DNA of 48,158 nt from Longimicrobiales bacterium (lineage in GTDB: Bacteria; Gemmatimonadota; Gemmatimonadetes; Longimicrobiales; Gaopeijiaceae). This document shows, in pieces, positions 17,790 to 28,084 of the stretch (position 1 is its first letter; every line of letters begins with the position of its first letter). Location: contig OY730414.1 of NCBI GenBank assembly GCA_963422615.1, positions 2,526,302-2,574,459 of the forward strand, given 5' to 3'. The notes beneath the pieces were generated by a model that was not told the origin of the DNA, did no database searches, and saw only the letters and a program-made list of their open reading frames with translations. A program made the position numbers and the translations under genes.

Positions 17790-19625
17790 TCAGGGGAGTC
17801 CTCGGCTGACCAGAATCTCGGTGCTCCCGTCCGGAGCGAAGGCCGGGGTGCCCGCCCAATCCCGGAGGATCGCCCGCAAACGACCTGTGCCCCGGTCAAT
17901 AACCATGGCCACGGGATGGGCACCCGACCGATCCAGGGTGAAGGAACGCCCGGGTCCAGAAAGAACGACCCGGTCCAGGGCCCGGGCCCGACCGGAATCG
18001 AAGGGCAACGCAAACAAAAACCGCCCCCTCCCGTACTCCACTTGCTGGGGCGCGAACGTCAGGGAGAAGGAGCGCTCCCCCCCAGAACCAAATCCCTCCA
18101 GACGATAGGGACCGTCTTCGTCGGGAAGCGTTACAGGCGCGTCAACCAGGAAGGCGGGCTCCAGCAGGAGTTCGTCGTCATTGGCGCTTCCCCACAACAG
18201 CAGCCTCTTTCCGACGGGCGCTGAGTCTTGCGGGGACTCCGGCGTCGGGACGGCCTCCGTTGTCAAGCGATAGTCCATGGCCCGCGCGAAGTGATAGTCG
18301 CTGATCCAACTGGGATTGCAATACCCCATCACATCCTTGTACAGGGCAGGATGCACAAGGCGGCCACCGTGAAAGTCATATCCCCACACACCGATGTCCC
18401 CGCCGCTGTAGGGATAGTCGGCATCCGGGCCGACCGCCCCACCACAGGGCGCATGACGAAGGCTCAGGTTGTGCCCCAGTTCGTGGGCCAGCGTCTCACC
18501 GTCGGGCGCACCCACACTCACCCGGAAACCCCCGATGTATCCCAACCCTTTCCACGGCGATCCCTCCGGCAGCTCCACGGCGCCGTAGTAGTACCCCCGG
18601 CTGCCCTCACTCATGTGCAGGAACGTCAGTTCGCCCAGTAACTGCCCCCACCCGGCTCCGGTGGTCAAGTCGGCCGACGTAACATAGGGTTCGTGGACTT
18701 CTACGCCCAAATCCGAAATCGGGAAAACGGACCGGGCCAAGCGAAGATGTTCGCCCTCGGGCTTCAATTCCCCAGTCCAGTCGAAGACCCTTTCGTCGGG
18801 AGCCGACGCAACCAGAACCGGAACCACGGTCAGGTCCAGCGGGGGCAGCACCTGCACATCAAGCGCCAGCTCTCCCGTCGCAGGAATGCGACGCCTGCTG
18901 CCGTCGGCGAGGGGGATGACTGCGTCCCTGTCCAACTCCAAATACATCCTGACGTCCGGCTGGAGGAGATACGCCGGAATCATCGCGTTGTAGGACTGGT
19001 CCAGCCGCGCCTCGTCCAAGTCAACCGGAAGCCGGTCGAAGCCGGGGCTCATCAATACGTTGTGGACCAGCTTGTCGCCGCTAAAGAAGACCGCGTGAAC
19101 CCGGGGCTGAAAAAAGCTGACCCGGTCGCCGACGACAAAGACACGGAGAAGGGCTTGACGTCCGGCGATGAGGGGTACGCCGCCGCCCCTGTTCTGGGCA
19201 CCCTGGGTGATGTAGAAGGCAGGCACCGACAGAATCACGCTGTCCGGGTTGATCCGGATTCTGGTCTGGGTGGTCAGGCCCGCCAACGCTACGGTTATCT
19301 TCGCTTCACCAACTTTGAGAGCGTCCGCATCTCCATCCCCGGAGACGTACACAGCATCCAGATCGGAACTCGACCACGCAGGCCGCGCCCAGGGTGGCAG
19401 GCCATCCATTGGCTCCCCGTGCTGGTCCAGCACGGTCACGCGGAATTGAACCTGATCGCCCTGGGTGAGAAGGGTATCGGCGGGCGATAGGGTCAGCGAC
19501 GAAGGAATTCGGACAGGCACCAGGGCCAAGTCGCCGCACCCTACGGACGCCAGCGCCATAGCGGCAAGGAGAAAAGGAAGGCCGAGGGCGCTTGCTCCCT
19601 GGGTCGGACGATGACGGAAAGCCAT
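17790..19625 (-). CDS. Lipoprotein zinc metalloprotease, M66-like, with N-terminal Ig-like domain (copy 1)
   Basis: Lipobox SVGC; Ig-like WSSSD..VYVSGDG; YITQGAQN..VPLIAGRQALLRVF; HELGHNLSLRHAPCG; Met-turn DVMGY. Confidence 0.85.
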   Translation of the reverse strand: MAFRHRPTQGASALGLPFLLAAMALASVGCGDLALVPVRIPSSLTLSPADTLLTQGDQVQFRVTVLDQHGEPMDGLPPWARPAWSSSDLDAVYVSGDGDADALKVGEAKITVALAGLTTQTRIRINPDSVILSVPAFYITQGAQNRGGGVPLIAGRQALLRVFVVGDRVSFFQPRVHAVFFSGDKLVHNVLMSPGFDRLPVDLDEARLDQSYNAMIPAYLLQPDVRMYLELDRDAVIPLADGSRRRIPATGELALDVQVLPPLDLTVVPVLVASAPDERVFDWTGELKPEGEHLRLARSVFPISDLGVEVHEPYVTSADLTTGAGWGQLLGELTFLHMSEGSRGYYYGAVELPEGSPWKGLGYIGGFRVSVGAPDGETLAHELGHNLSLRHAPCGGAVGPDADYPYSGGDIGVWGYDFHGGRLVHPALYKDVMGYCNPSWISDYHFARAMDYRLTTEAVPTPESPQDSAPVGKRLLLWGSANDDELLLEPAFLVDAPVTLPDEDGPYRLEGFGSGGERSFSLTFAPQQVEYGRGRFLFALPFDSGRARALDRVVLSGPGRSFTLDRSGAHPVAMVIDRGTGRLRAILRDWAGTPAFAPDGSTEILVSRGLP

Positions 19626-19821
19626 TTTATCGGGACTTATTGGCGATGGCCGGGGCGGAAGAAGGGCTCACCGCGACAGTCTTCCGCAACAGTCCCGGCA
19701 AGCCCGCTCAATACGCGGAGGATCATACCCCCCGCAGACGAAATGCGCAAAACGACCACCGACCGGGACCCAGGCGCAACCCAGCGGAGAGTGTCGCCCC
19801 AGGCAGGTCAACTGTCCGAAG

Positions 19822-20640
19822 TCAGCTGGGCGGCGGCTCCCCAAAGGACACGCGCATTACACGGAGCGCCTCAACCCCCAGCGCATCTCTCTGCACGCCC
19901 GCCAACCTTGTCGAATCTCCGGCAAAAGGCACGAATCCTTCGGGCAACTGTACGGTGCCTCTATACCCATAGGTGCCGCCGTCGAAGATATCCCACATCG
20001 GTACAACGCCATCCGGGGGATCCACTGGAGGCGCGAGCTCATCCTCCACGCCGAACCAGCGCCGAACCCAGATCTCTTCCGCCGGCGGACCGCGGAAGAA
20101 GGCATGGGCGACGGCGGGAAAGACCTCGGGGAACTCCAAGGCATCAGCTTCCGATGGCGGAAGCGGGGGCTGACCCTTGCGCACCAAGGAAGACCAGTCG
20201 TCGGGAGCTTCGGCCGGTTCGCAAGATAACGGCGAAACTTGCTCTGAAAATCTTCCGAAATGGTCCGGACTGGGAGCGTGCGTGCAATCCGCCCCAGGAG
20301 TTCTCCAGAGTCGATGTTCAGAACTTGCAAACCATACCGGCCATCGTGGCCAATCGCCACAGGAGGCCCTGACAACCTGACCCATATAACACGAGGCCGA
20401 AAAGCGGCCCAAACGAACAGGCTCGGCGCGTCGGCGCGCCACAGGACTTCATCGTCCTGGCCAATCCGGGAAAGCCTCAGTTCGTCGCTGATGAAGTCCG
20501 AGTTGAGGACCAACAAGCGCCCCGAAGAATCGAAGCCAGGTTGCATCGCCAGCAAACCCATTCCGGACAGGCGATGGGACTGGATGAGATCGCCCGAAAG
20601 CCCATGGACACTGATCTTCGCGCCATCGCAGCGGCCTTCA
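19822..20640 (-). pseudogene. Second six-bladed beta-propeller remnant, 5'-truncated and frameshifted
   Basis: One frame gives propeller-like sequence up to RRYLAN; after a 1-bp loss near 20218 the next frame gives FPEVFPAV...IWVRR...WDIFD...GTVQLPEGF...GVQRDALGVEALRVMRV, the typical C-terminus of this family. No signal peptide found. 5' boundary approximate. Confidence 0.65.
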
Positions 20641-20776
20641 GGAACGCAGGCGCGGCCATTCTCATGACGGACCCCTGCACATTGCTCGCGCATTCCTGAT
20701 GGCTCGGCACCTCATGTAGGTTCCACAAGTCTTCCCACTAGCTAGCTACCTTCACCTTCAGGCACCCAGCACGGAT

Positions 20777-21382
20777 TCAGCCCCCGTCACCGCCAACCTG
20801 AATACCCACGCCCAAATCCAGGGCCAGGGCCACGGCGTGAGCGGAGTTGGAAGGAGTGTTGGCCGAGAGCCAGCGATAGGAAACGCCGGGCAGGAAGCGG
20901 AACCGTCCGGTGCCGACAGAAAGACCTGCGGCGCCGTGGACGCCGACGCCCAAGTCGGGAGACTCGCCCTCGCTACCCGCCCGGGTGGAGCCGAAGAGCA
21001 GCCCCAGACGCACCCAAGGCCCGCCCCGGCCCCACTCGACCCCCAGGGCCCCGTGGTTTCCCGTGATCGTAATCTCCTTCTCCTTGCAATACCCTTCCTC
21101 ACAGCCGAAGGCCGTGCGAAAGTAGCCACCGAACGCGGCGATCCTCGGATGGATCTGCCTTCGGACCACAATGTCAAAGGACATGGAAGGGGCGATTTCC
21201 AGAGCCGCCGCCGAGTTGCTAATGCTCCCGACGGTCAGCCCGCCCCGGAGCTCCGCTTGGGTCTGGGCGGCGGCGCCGTGTACGAAGGCCCCTCCCGCGA
21301 TCGCCAACAAGACCCCTGGGAGGGTGCGAACCAGGAACTGCCAAGGGCGAGGGCCCAAGACCCAGTGTGACGGGGCGCTCAT
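20777..21382 (-). CDS. Small outer-membrane beta-barrel protein
   Basis: Signal peptide ending AAA-Q; Gly/aromatic amphipathic strands; FGCEEGYC loop; ATGA overlap with the upstream protease stop. Confidence 0.7.
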   Translation of the reverse strand: MSAPSHWVLGPRPWQFLVRTLPGVLLAIAGGAFVHGAAAQTQAELRGGLTVGSISNSAAALEIAPSMSFDIVVRRQIHPRIAAFGGYFRTAFGCEEGYCKEKEITITGNHGALGVEWGRGGPWVRLGLLFGSTRAGSEGESPDLGVGVHGAAGLSVGTGRFRFLPGVSYRWLSANTPSNSAHAVALALDLGVGIQVGGDGG

Positions 21383-23196
21383 CGTCCGCCTCCTGGCAAG
21401 CCGGTGCTAACCAACACATCCATGTTTCCATCCGGAAGCAACATCGACGCCCCAGTCCAGTCCCTCACCATCGCTCGAACCTGCCCGGTCGCTCGGTTCC
21501 TGATGATCGCCATGGGATTTGCGCTGGAGCGTTCCAGGGTGGACAACCCTTCCGGTCCGGACAGGACGACCCGCTCCACGGCGCCGTCTCGGTCCGGATC
21601 AAAGGGAACCGCGAAAAGGAAATGCCCACCGCCGAACTCCAAGGGCGTGGGCGTGAAGTCGAAGGCGAAGTGGCGCAGACCCCCAGGCCCGAATCCCTCC
21701 AGTTGATAGGGGCCCCCTTCGCCAGGGAGTGCTACCGGACCGTCAATCAAGAATGCAGGCTCCAGAAACAGTTCCCCATCGCCGGCGCTCCCCCACAGCA
21801 ACAGAGTCTTCTCCGCTGACGGCCCGGTCTTACGGGATGGGAAAGCCAAAGCGGCTTCCGTCGCCAATCGATGATCCATAGCCTGCGTGAAAAAGTAGTC
21901 GCTGATCCAGTCCGGAGAGCAGTACCCCATCAGATCCTTGTACTGGCTTGGGTCTACCAGCCGGCTGCGGCGTAGGTCGTACCCCCAGATACCGATACTT
22001 CCTCCGTCGTAGGGGTAGCCGGGATCAGGACCGCCCGCACCCCCGCAGGGAGCATGGAGAAGGTTCAGGTTGTGGCCCAACTCGTGAGCGTACACGTCTC
22101 CCCGGGTTGCTCCGATGCTTACCGGAAAACCGACGTAGCCCAGCCCGCCGTACAACGAACGCGACGGAAGCTCCGCCACCCCGTAGTAGTACCCCTTCTG
22201 ACCTTCCGCGTAATGCATGACTCTGATTTCCAGGATCAGCTGGTTCCATCCGGCGGACGTCGTAAGATCGGCCGACGAAACGTACGGCTCATGCACCGTC
22301 ACGCTCATCTCCCCGATGGGAAGGGTGGACCGAGCCAGATGCAGTTGGCGGCTTTCGGGCGTCATGCCGTTGGTCCAGTTGAAAACCCTTTCGTCCGGAT
22401 TGGAAGCCAAGAGAACCGGCACCATCGTCTGGTCCAGCCGGGGAAGGGCCCGGACATCGAGCCTCCTGCCCCCCTCCGCCGGGTACCTGGGCTTGCTCCC
22501 CGGAGCCTGGGGAACCACGCCCTCCGGATCCAGCTCCACGACCAACTCAACGCCGGGTTGAAGCACCGAGCCGGGGATGATCGCGTTGTAGGAGCGATCC
22601 AGACGGCTTTCGTCCACCTTCGCCGGAAGCATTTCCGACAGCGCGTCTATTCGGACTTGGTGGACTTCCCGGCCCTCTTGGAAGAAGGCGGCCCGCACCT
22701 TGGGCTCGTAGAAGCTCACCTCATCCCCGACGGCGAAGACCCGAAGCAGGGCCTGACGCCCGGCGATGAGGGGTACGGTACCGTTGACGTTCTGGGCACC
22801 CTGGGTCAAGTAGACCAAGGGCGCCGACAAAGCCACGCTGGACGGGTTGACCCGAAGCTTCGTCCACGCCTCCAACCCCGCAACCGTTGCCGTCAGGGTC
22901 AACTCCGAACCCCGAAGTCCGGTAACCACGCCTTCGGGGGCCACATCAACGGCTCCCTCATCGGAGACGGTCCAAGCGGGAAGCGCCCAAGTCGGCGGTC
23001 CCGCCATGACGTTTCCGTCCTGGTCCTCCACGTTCACTCGGAGCCGAAGCTCGTCCCCCTCGGTAATCAGCGTGTCGAAGGGAGCAATGGACATGGACGT
23101 AGGAACCTGGTCGGGCTCCATCGCCAAGTCCGCGCAACCTCCCCCCGCCACCCCCCCGATCACGGACAACATTGCAACCGGTCTACTCAACTTCAT
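21379..23196 (-). CDS. Lipoprotein zinc metalloprotease, M66-like, with Ig-like domain (copy 2)
   Basis: AAAGGAG RBS; GGGC lipobox-like; YLTQGAQN..VPLIAGRQALLRVF; HELGHNLNLLHAPCG; DLMGY; colinear with copy 1 over its full length. Confidence 0.85.
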   Translation of the reverse strand: MKLSRPVAMLSVIGGVAGGGCADLAMEPDQVPTSMSIAPFDTLITEGDELRLRVNVEDQDGNVMAGPPTWALPAWTVSDEGAVDVAPEGVVTGLRGSELTLTATVAGLEAWTKLRVNPSSVALSAPLVYLTQGAQNVNGTVPLIAGRQALLRVFAVGDEVSFYEPKVRAAFFQEGREVHQVRIDALSEMLPAKVDESRLDRSYNAIIPGSVLQPGVELVVELDPEGVVPQAPGSKPRYPAEGGRRLDVRALPRLDQTMVPVLLASNPDERVFNWTNGMTPESRQLHLARSTLPIGEMSVTVHEPYVSSADLTTSAGWNQLILEIRVMHYAEGQKGYYYGVAELPSRSLYGGLGYVGFPVSIGATRGDVYAHELGHNLNLLHAPCGGAGGPDPGYPYDGGSIGIWGYDLRRSRLVDPSQYKDLMGYCSPDWISDYFFTQAMDHRLATEAALAFPSRKTGPSAEKTLLLWGSAGDGELFLEPAFLIDGPVALPGEGGPYQLEGFGPGGLRHFAFDFTPTPLEFGGGHFLFAVPFDPDRDGAVERVVLSGPEGLSTLERSSANPMAIIRNRATGQVRAMVRDWTGASMLLPDGNMDVLVSTGLPGGGR

Positions 23197-23361
23197 CGCT
23201 GAACTCCTTTCGCTTTCGCGCTTGTCGAAAAGTGGCTCCTGCCAGCGGTTCTCGCAAAGCGTACGTTCCTTATGGACGAGACAACCTTAGGGAACCCTAC
23301 GTTACCCAGGCGGCCGCCATGGATCCCCGATTCCCCCCAACCCCGGAAGAGTCGGAAAGTT

Positions 23362-24117
23362 TCAGTACTCCCGGATCTTGACGTTGCGGTACCACACCGG
23401 GTCTCCGTGATCCTGGAGTCCGATGTGTCCTTCGGGCGCCGTCCCGTAGCCGGGCCATTCGGCAAACTTGGTCTGGGCGACTCTGGCCCGCCACTCCGGC
23501 GTCCCGAGCTCGTAGGCCACGATTCTCACGCCGTTCATCCAGTGTTCCACCTGGGAACCCCGGACCTCAATCCGGACCTGGTTCCATTCGCCGACGGGGC
23601 GGGTGACATCTTCGACGGGCCCGTGGAGTCCGTAGTTCGCCCCCGCCGACGTCTCCGGTGTCCGCCCGTCCCTGTGGGCGACATTGTCCAGGATCTGGAG
23701 TTCCGGGCCCGTCCAGTAGGGTTCCCCTTCGGCTTCCGTCACCCGAAAGAAGACGCCGCTGTTGCCCCCTTCTCCGATCTTCCACTCCAGGGCCAGATCG
23801 AAGTCGGCGAAGCGTTCCACCGTGATCAGGTCGCCGCCACCCACGCCCGGGGTGAAGGCCAGGGTTCCGTTTTCGGCGGACCATCCCTGGGGCGGCTCCG
23901 CCGTTCGATAGCCCCGCCAGCCCTCCAGGGTGCCGTCGAAGAGGAGCTTCCACCCCGCCGCTTCCTCCTCCGGAGTCAGCTGGTTGGCCGCGAGCTCCTG
24001 GGTCCCCGGGCCATCCGACCCGTTGGCCATCCCGGAAGCGGCGCCCTTCTCCCCACATCCGAAAAAAACAGGGATCCCCAAAACCAGAAGGGGCGTGAAG
24101 CCAAGAGTCGAACGCAT
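23362..24117 (-). CDS. DUF1080 / 3-keto-disaccharide hydrolase-family lipoprotein
   Basis: FFGC lipobox; GWKLLFDG, EWKIGEGGNSGVFFR, GPELQILD, GEWNQ, GHIGLQDHG, YRNVKIRE. Confidence 0.93.
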   Translation of the reverse strand: MRSTLGFTPLLVLGIPVFFGCGEKGAASGMANGSDGPGTQELAANQLTPEEEAAGWKLLFDGTLEGWRGYRTAEPPQGWSAENGTLAFTPGVGGGDLITVERFADFDLALEWKIGEGGNSGVFFRVTEAEGEPYWTGPELQILDNVAHRDGRTPETSAGANYGLHGPVEDVTRPVGEWNQVRIEVRGSQVEHWMNGVRIVAYELGTPEWRARVAQTKFAEWPGYGTAPEGHIGLQDHGDPVWYRNVKIREY

Positions 24118-24139
24118 GATGATACCCTCTGCCTTTCCG

Positions 24140-25150
24140 CTACGGTCGCCGCGGGCTCTGGAACGCCGCGTCGAACGCCGCATCCGATGGAGCGAAGTTC
24201 AGCTGCCTGACGAAGCCGCACGCCTCCTCCGCGCCGTGTTCCCTATCCATGTCGGCATCTTCCCACTCCACCGAGAGCGGGCCGACGTATCCGATCCGGT
24301 TCAACGCCCGGATCACCGCCTCGAAGTCAACGCGCCCCCGCCCCGGGGAGCGGAATTCCCAGAATCGGCGCCGATCGCCGAAGTCCGTGTGCCCGCCGAA
24401 GACCCCAGCGGGCGCCTCGTGCCTGGACCACCACACATCCTTCACATGGACGTGGACGATCCGGTCTCCGAAGCGTCGAATGAAATCGACGTAGCCGACC
24501 CCCTGGTAGGCAAGGTGGCTCGGATCATAGTTGAAGCCGAACGCCGGATGGCCGTTCAGCGCCGCCAAAGCCCGCTCCGCGGTCACCAAGTCGAAGGCGA
24601 TCTCGGTTGGGTGGACCTCCAGACCGAAGCGGACGCCTTCTTGGGCAAATACATCCAGGATGGGAATCCAGGCCTTCGCAAAGGCGTGGTAGCCCTCCTC
24701 GATCCACCCGGCCGGAACCGGCGGGAAGGGATACAGGAGGTGCCAGATGGGGCTGCCCGTGAATCCGTTCACCACTTCCACGCCGAGGCGGGCCGCCGCC
24801 CGGGCCGTATCCCCCATCTCTCGGGCTGCTCGTCGCCTCACGCCCTCCGGATCGCCGTCGCCCCACACCCGGGCCGGGAGGACCGCCCGGTGACGGTCGT
24901 CGACCCGGTCGCACACGGCTTGGCCCACCAAGTGATTGCTGACCGCTCGCACCAGGAGACCGTGCCGGGCCAAGAGCTCATGTCGATTCTGGCAGTAATC
25001 CGGATCCGAAAGCGCCCTCCTCACATCGAAGTGGTCACCCCAGCACGCGAGCTCCAGGCCGTCGTATCCCCACCCTGCCGCCCTTGCCGCCAGAGCTTCC
25101 AGGGGCAAATCGGCCCATTGGCCGGTGAAGAGGGTCACCGGGCGACTCAT
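24140..25150 (-). CDS. Sugar phosphate isomerase/epimerase (TIM barrel)
   Basis: [62 protein letters not shown] overlap with the upstream gene. Confidence 0.93.
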   Translation of the reverse strand: MSRPVTLFTGQWADLPLEALAARAAGWGYDGLELACWGDHFDVRRALSDPDYCQNRHELLARHGLLVRAVSNHLVGQAVCDRVDDRHRAVLPARVWGDGDPEGVRRRAAREMGDTARAAARLGVEVVNGFTGSPIWHLLYPFPPVPAGWIEEGYHAFAKAWIPILDVFAQEGVRFGLEVHPTEIAFDLVTAERALAALNGHPAFGFNYDPSHLAYQGVGYVDFIRRFGDRIVHVHVKDVWWSRHEAPAGVFGGHTDFGDRRRFWEFRSPGRGRVDFEAVIRALNRIGYVGPLSVEWEDADMDREHGAEEACGFVRQLNFAPSDAAFDAAFQSPRRP

Positions 25151-26394
25151 GCCACCGCTCCCGCCCCTGATCTCCCGGGGCCTCCCGCCCCCGGGGCGCC
25201 CCCGGGTACCCCACAGGTTTCCGAACGGTACTCCGTCATGTCCGTCCACCGTCCCCGGGCACCCGACTTCAACACGCTCTCGACAAAGTGCACCCCCCTG
25301 ACGCCGTCGAAATGATCCGGAAAGTCCCGGTCCAGCGGATCGGGTTCCCTTCCGGACATGCCCGCACCGATCACCCGGCCCGCGTTGCGGTAGATGTTTG
25401 CGAACGCCTCAATGAAGCCCTCGGGGTGACCCGGGGGAAGACGGGCCCCATGCCGGGCCGCAGGGGAAAGGTAGGGACTGCCCCGGGTCAGCGTCTGCCT
25501 GGGCGCGTCGGGAAACAACAGCTGGAGTTCGTTCGGACGTTCCTGGTGCCAGCAGAGGCCCGCGGCTTCGCCATAAATCCGCAGCTGAAGCCCGTTCTCC
25601 TCTCCCGTCAACACCTGGCTGGCGTGGAAGAGGCCCCGGGCCCCGCCGACAAAGCGGACCAGGATGCTCGCATCGTCTTCCATCGTCCGACCCGGGACCA
25701 GACTGGACAGGTCGGCGAAAACCGCCTCGATTTCCAGTCCCGTCACATAGCGGACCAAGTTGTGCACGTGGGACCCGATGTCGGCCACCGCCGAGGACGG
25801 CCCCGCCCGCTCCGGGTCCAAGCGCCACCCAGCCTGCTTGTGGCCCGTGTCCTCCAGGCGGGCACCCAGCCACCCCTGCGGGTACTCGGCGACGACTTTG
25901 CGAAGGGCGCCCAGCCGACCCGTTCGAACCAGGTGACGCGCCTCCTTCACCATGGGGTAGCCCGTGTAGTTGTGGGTCAGGGCGAAGGTGAGGCCCGAAG
26001 CGGACACGGTGCGGCACAGGTCTTCCGCCTCCGCCAGGGTCGGGGTCATCGGCTTGTCACAGATGACGTGGATTTCGGCTTCGAGAAACGCCTTTGCAAC
26101 CGCATGGTGAAGGTGGTTGGGCGTCACGACGGACACCGCGTCGATGCGTCGGCCGCCGCCCAGGGACGCTTCGCTCTCCGCCATCTGGCCGAATCCGCCA
26201 TACACTCGCTTCGGGTCCAAGCCCAAGGCGCTTCCCTGCTCCCGGGAGCGCCCTGGCAGCGAAGAGAACGCACCCGCAACCAGCTCGTACTCTCCGTCCA
26301 GGGCCGCCGCCATCCGGTGCACGGCTCCGATAAAGGCGCCGGGACCGCCGCCGACCATCCCGTACCTGAGCCTCCTGCGAATCCAGGGGTTCAT
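25147..26394 (-). CDS. Gfo/Idh/MocA NAD-dependent oxidoreductase
   Basis: [62 protein letters not shown]. Confidence 0.95.
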   Translation of the reverse strand: MNPWIRRRLRYGMVGGGPGAFIGAVHRMAAALDGEYELVAGAFSSLPGRSREQGSALGLDPKRVYGGFGQMAESEASLGGGRRIDAVSVVTPNHLHHAVAKAFLEAEIHVICDKPMTPTLAEAEDLCRTVSASGLTFALTHNYTGYPMVKEARHLVRTGRLGALRKVVAEYPQGWLGARLEDTGHKQAGWRLDPERAGPSSAVADIGSHVHNLVRYVTGLEIEAVFADLSSLVPGRTMEDDASILVRFVGGARGLFHASQVLTGEENGLQLRIYGEAAGLCWHQERPNELQLLFPDAPRQTLTRGSPYLSPAARHGARLPPGHPEGFIEAFANIYRNAGRVIGAGMSGREPDPLDRDFPDHFDGVRGVHFVESVLKSGARGRWTDMTEYRSETCGVPGGAPGAGGPGRSGAGAVA

Positions 26395-26511
26395 GGACGA
26401 CCGGAGGTGGCGCCCGGGATCCATCGGAACCGGGTCGATTCGGCCATGGTCACTGCCACCCCGGAATGCTCGCAAGAGGCGGACAGCGGGCGGGGGGGAA
26501 CGGCACGTCGC

Positions 26512-28050
26512 TTAGTGCAGCGGGTGGGCGCGGTGACCGCCGGAGCGCCGTTCCCTCCAGTAGAGGACGCCGAACACGACGCCCAGAATGCCGCACAGGG
26601 GGACCAAAAAGCGGAAGGAAACGAGTCCTCCGTGGTTTTCGGCGGGACCCAGGAGAGACCGGGCCCGGTCGACCGCCGGGGATGTGGAACCGGACGCGAT
26701 CACGCTCCGGAGGGCGTTGGCGGTTTGCACGGACGGAAGAGATCCTTCTTCGTCCACCACCCCAAGGACGGACCCGACGGCTTCCAGGGCTGAACGCAGG
26801 TCGGCCCCTTCGGGCCCCGGCGTGCGGAGGGACTGGGACTCAAGAGCACCCGCGGCTTCCTGCAGCGTGAAGATCACGGCCTCCTGGGGAAGCATATCGT
26901 GGCCGTGCCGATCGGCGACCCTCCCCATCCAGGGAGCCGTGACGAGCCCGACGACCGCCATGCCCACCGTCCCCATCAGCCCCAACCCCAGGGCTCCGCT
27001 CTTGGGGATCCGCTCGGAGACGAAGCCCAGCATGGTCGGCCAGAAGTAGCAAACACCGACGGCGAACACCGTCGCAGCGGCAAAGGTGGCCGCCGAGGAC
27101 CCGCCGCCACTCAGCCAGAGAAGGCCAAGCCCGGAAAGGACCGCAGAACTCAGGAGGATGCCCGTGGGCCGGATGCGGCGGACCACGGGGCCGGCCCGGT
27201 AGCGCAGGATCGCCATGATCGCGCTGATGTAGACAAGGACCAGAATCCCGGGCATTCCGCTCGCTTCCAAGACCGCGGACATCCACCGGTTGGGACCAAG
27301 CTCGACCGACGCCGTCAGGGCCATGCAGGCCAGCATCAGAAGCATGAGGGGCGTGGAAAAAGTGGCCCGGAACATTTCCTTCATCGAGACGCCGGAGCGG
27401 ACCCCCTCGGTCTCGGGAAAGGGCCGTCCCAACAACAGGAAGCCGTAGAGAAGCGTGGGAAGCAGGATCAGGGCGAGCTTGAGCTGCCACGCCCCCAGTC
27501 CGACTTCGTCCAGGGCGAAAACCGCCAGGCCGCCCAGGACGATCCCGCCCGGAAACCACACGTGGAACTGATTGAGCTTGACCGTCTTGTTTCGCGGGTA
27601 CAGGGCCGCGACCAGAGGGTTGCAGGCCGCCTCCACCAGCCCGTTGGCCATGGCAATGACCAGAGCTCCGACAAAGAGCGCGGCGAAGCCCCCGGCGAAA
27701 ATCATGATCAGAGAACCGGCCAGGTGTCCCACGAAGGCCATTCTCAAGAGAAAACGCATCCCCAGGGTGTCGCAGAAGGGAGAGAAGACCAGCTGGGAAA
27801 CGGCGAAACCCCACAGCGCCGCTCCACCGATCCACCCGACCTGGGCGTTGTTGAAGACGAATTCTCCCTTGAGCGCGAACATGATTCCGGTGACCGTGGC
27901 AAAGGCCACCGAAGTGGCGGTCAGGGCCGCGCAACTGCCAACGAAGAGCCTGCCCGGGTCGATGCGGGTTCGGTCCGCCCCTTGAACCGGCGCGGAAGGC
28001 CGCCGGTCGGGAGTCAAACCTCCTCCGGGCTCGTGGGTCGATTCGTTCAC
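26512..28050 (-). CDS. MFS transporter
   Basis: GTG 28050 with GGAGG RBS; about 12 TM segments; EAACNPLVAALYP..KT.KLN.FH.WFPGG; FWPTMLGFVSERIP. Confidence 0.92.
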   Translation of the reverse strand: MNESTHEPGGGLTPDRRPSAPVQGADRTRIDPGRLFVGSCAALTATSVAFATVTGIMFALKGEFVFNNAQVGWIGGAALWGFAVSQLVFSPFCDTLGMRFLLRMAFVGHLAGSLIMIFAGGFAALFVGALVIAMANGLVEAACNPLVAALYPRNKTVKLNQFHVWFPGGIVLGGLAVFALDEVGLGAWQLKLALILLPTLLYGFLLLGRPFPETEGVRSGVSMKEMFRATFSTPLMLLMLACMALTASVELGPNRWMSAVLEASGMPGILVLVYISAIMAILRYRAGPVVRRIRPTGILLSSAVLSGLGLLWLSGGGSSAATFAAATVFAVGVCYFWPTMLGFVSERIPKSGALGLGLMGTVGMAVVGLVTAPWMGRVADRHGHDMLPQEAVIFTLQEAAGALESQSLRTPGPEGADLRSALEAVGSVLGVVDEEGSLPSVQTANALRSVIASGSTSPAVDRARSLLGPAENHGGLVSFRFLVPLCGILGVVFGVLYWRERRSGGHRAHPLH

Positions 28051-28084
28051 TTGGCCTCCATAAATTGCGAAGGGTCTGCCCCCC

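Noticed and set aside
15694..23360. Integrative element or prophage at tRNA-Pro
   Set aside because: No integrase, phage genes or duplicated tRNA 3' end seen in the window.
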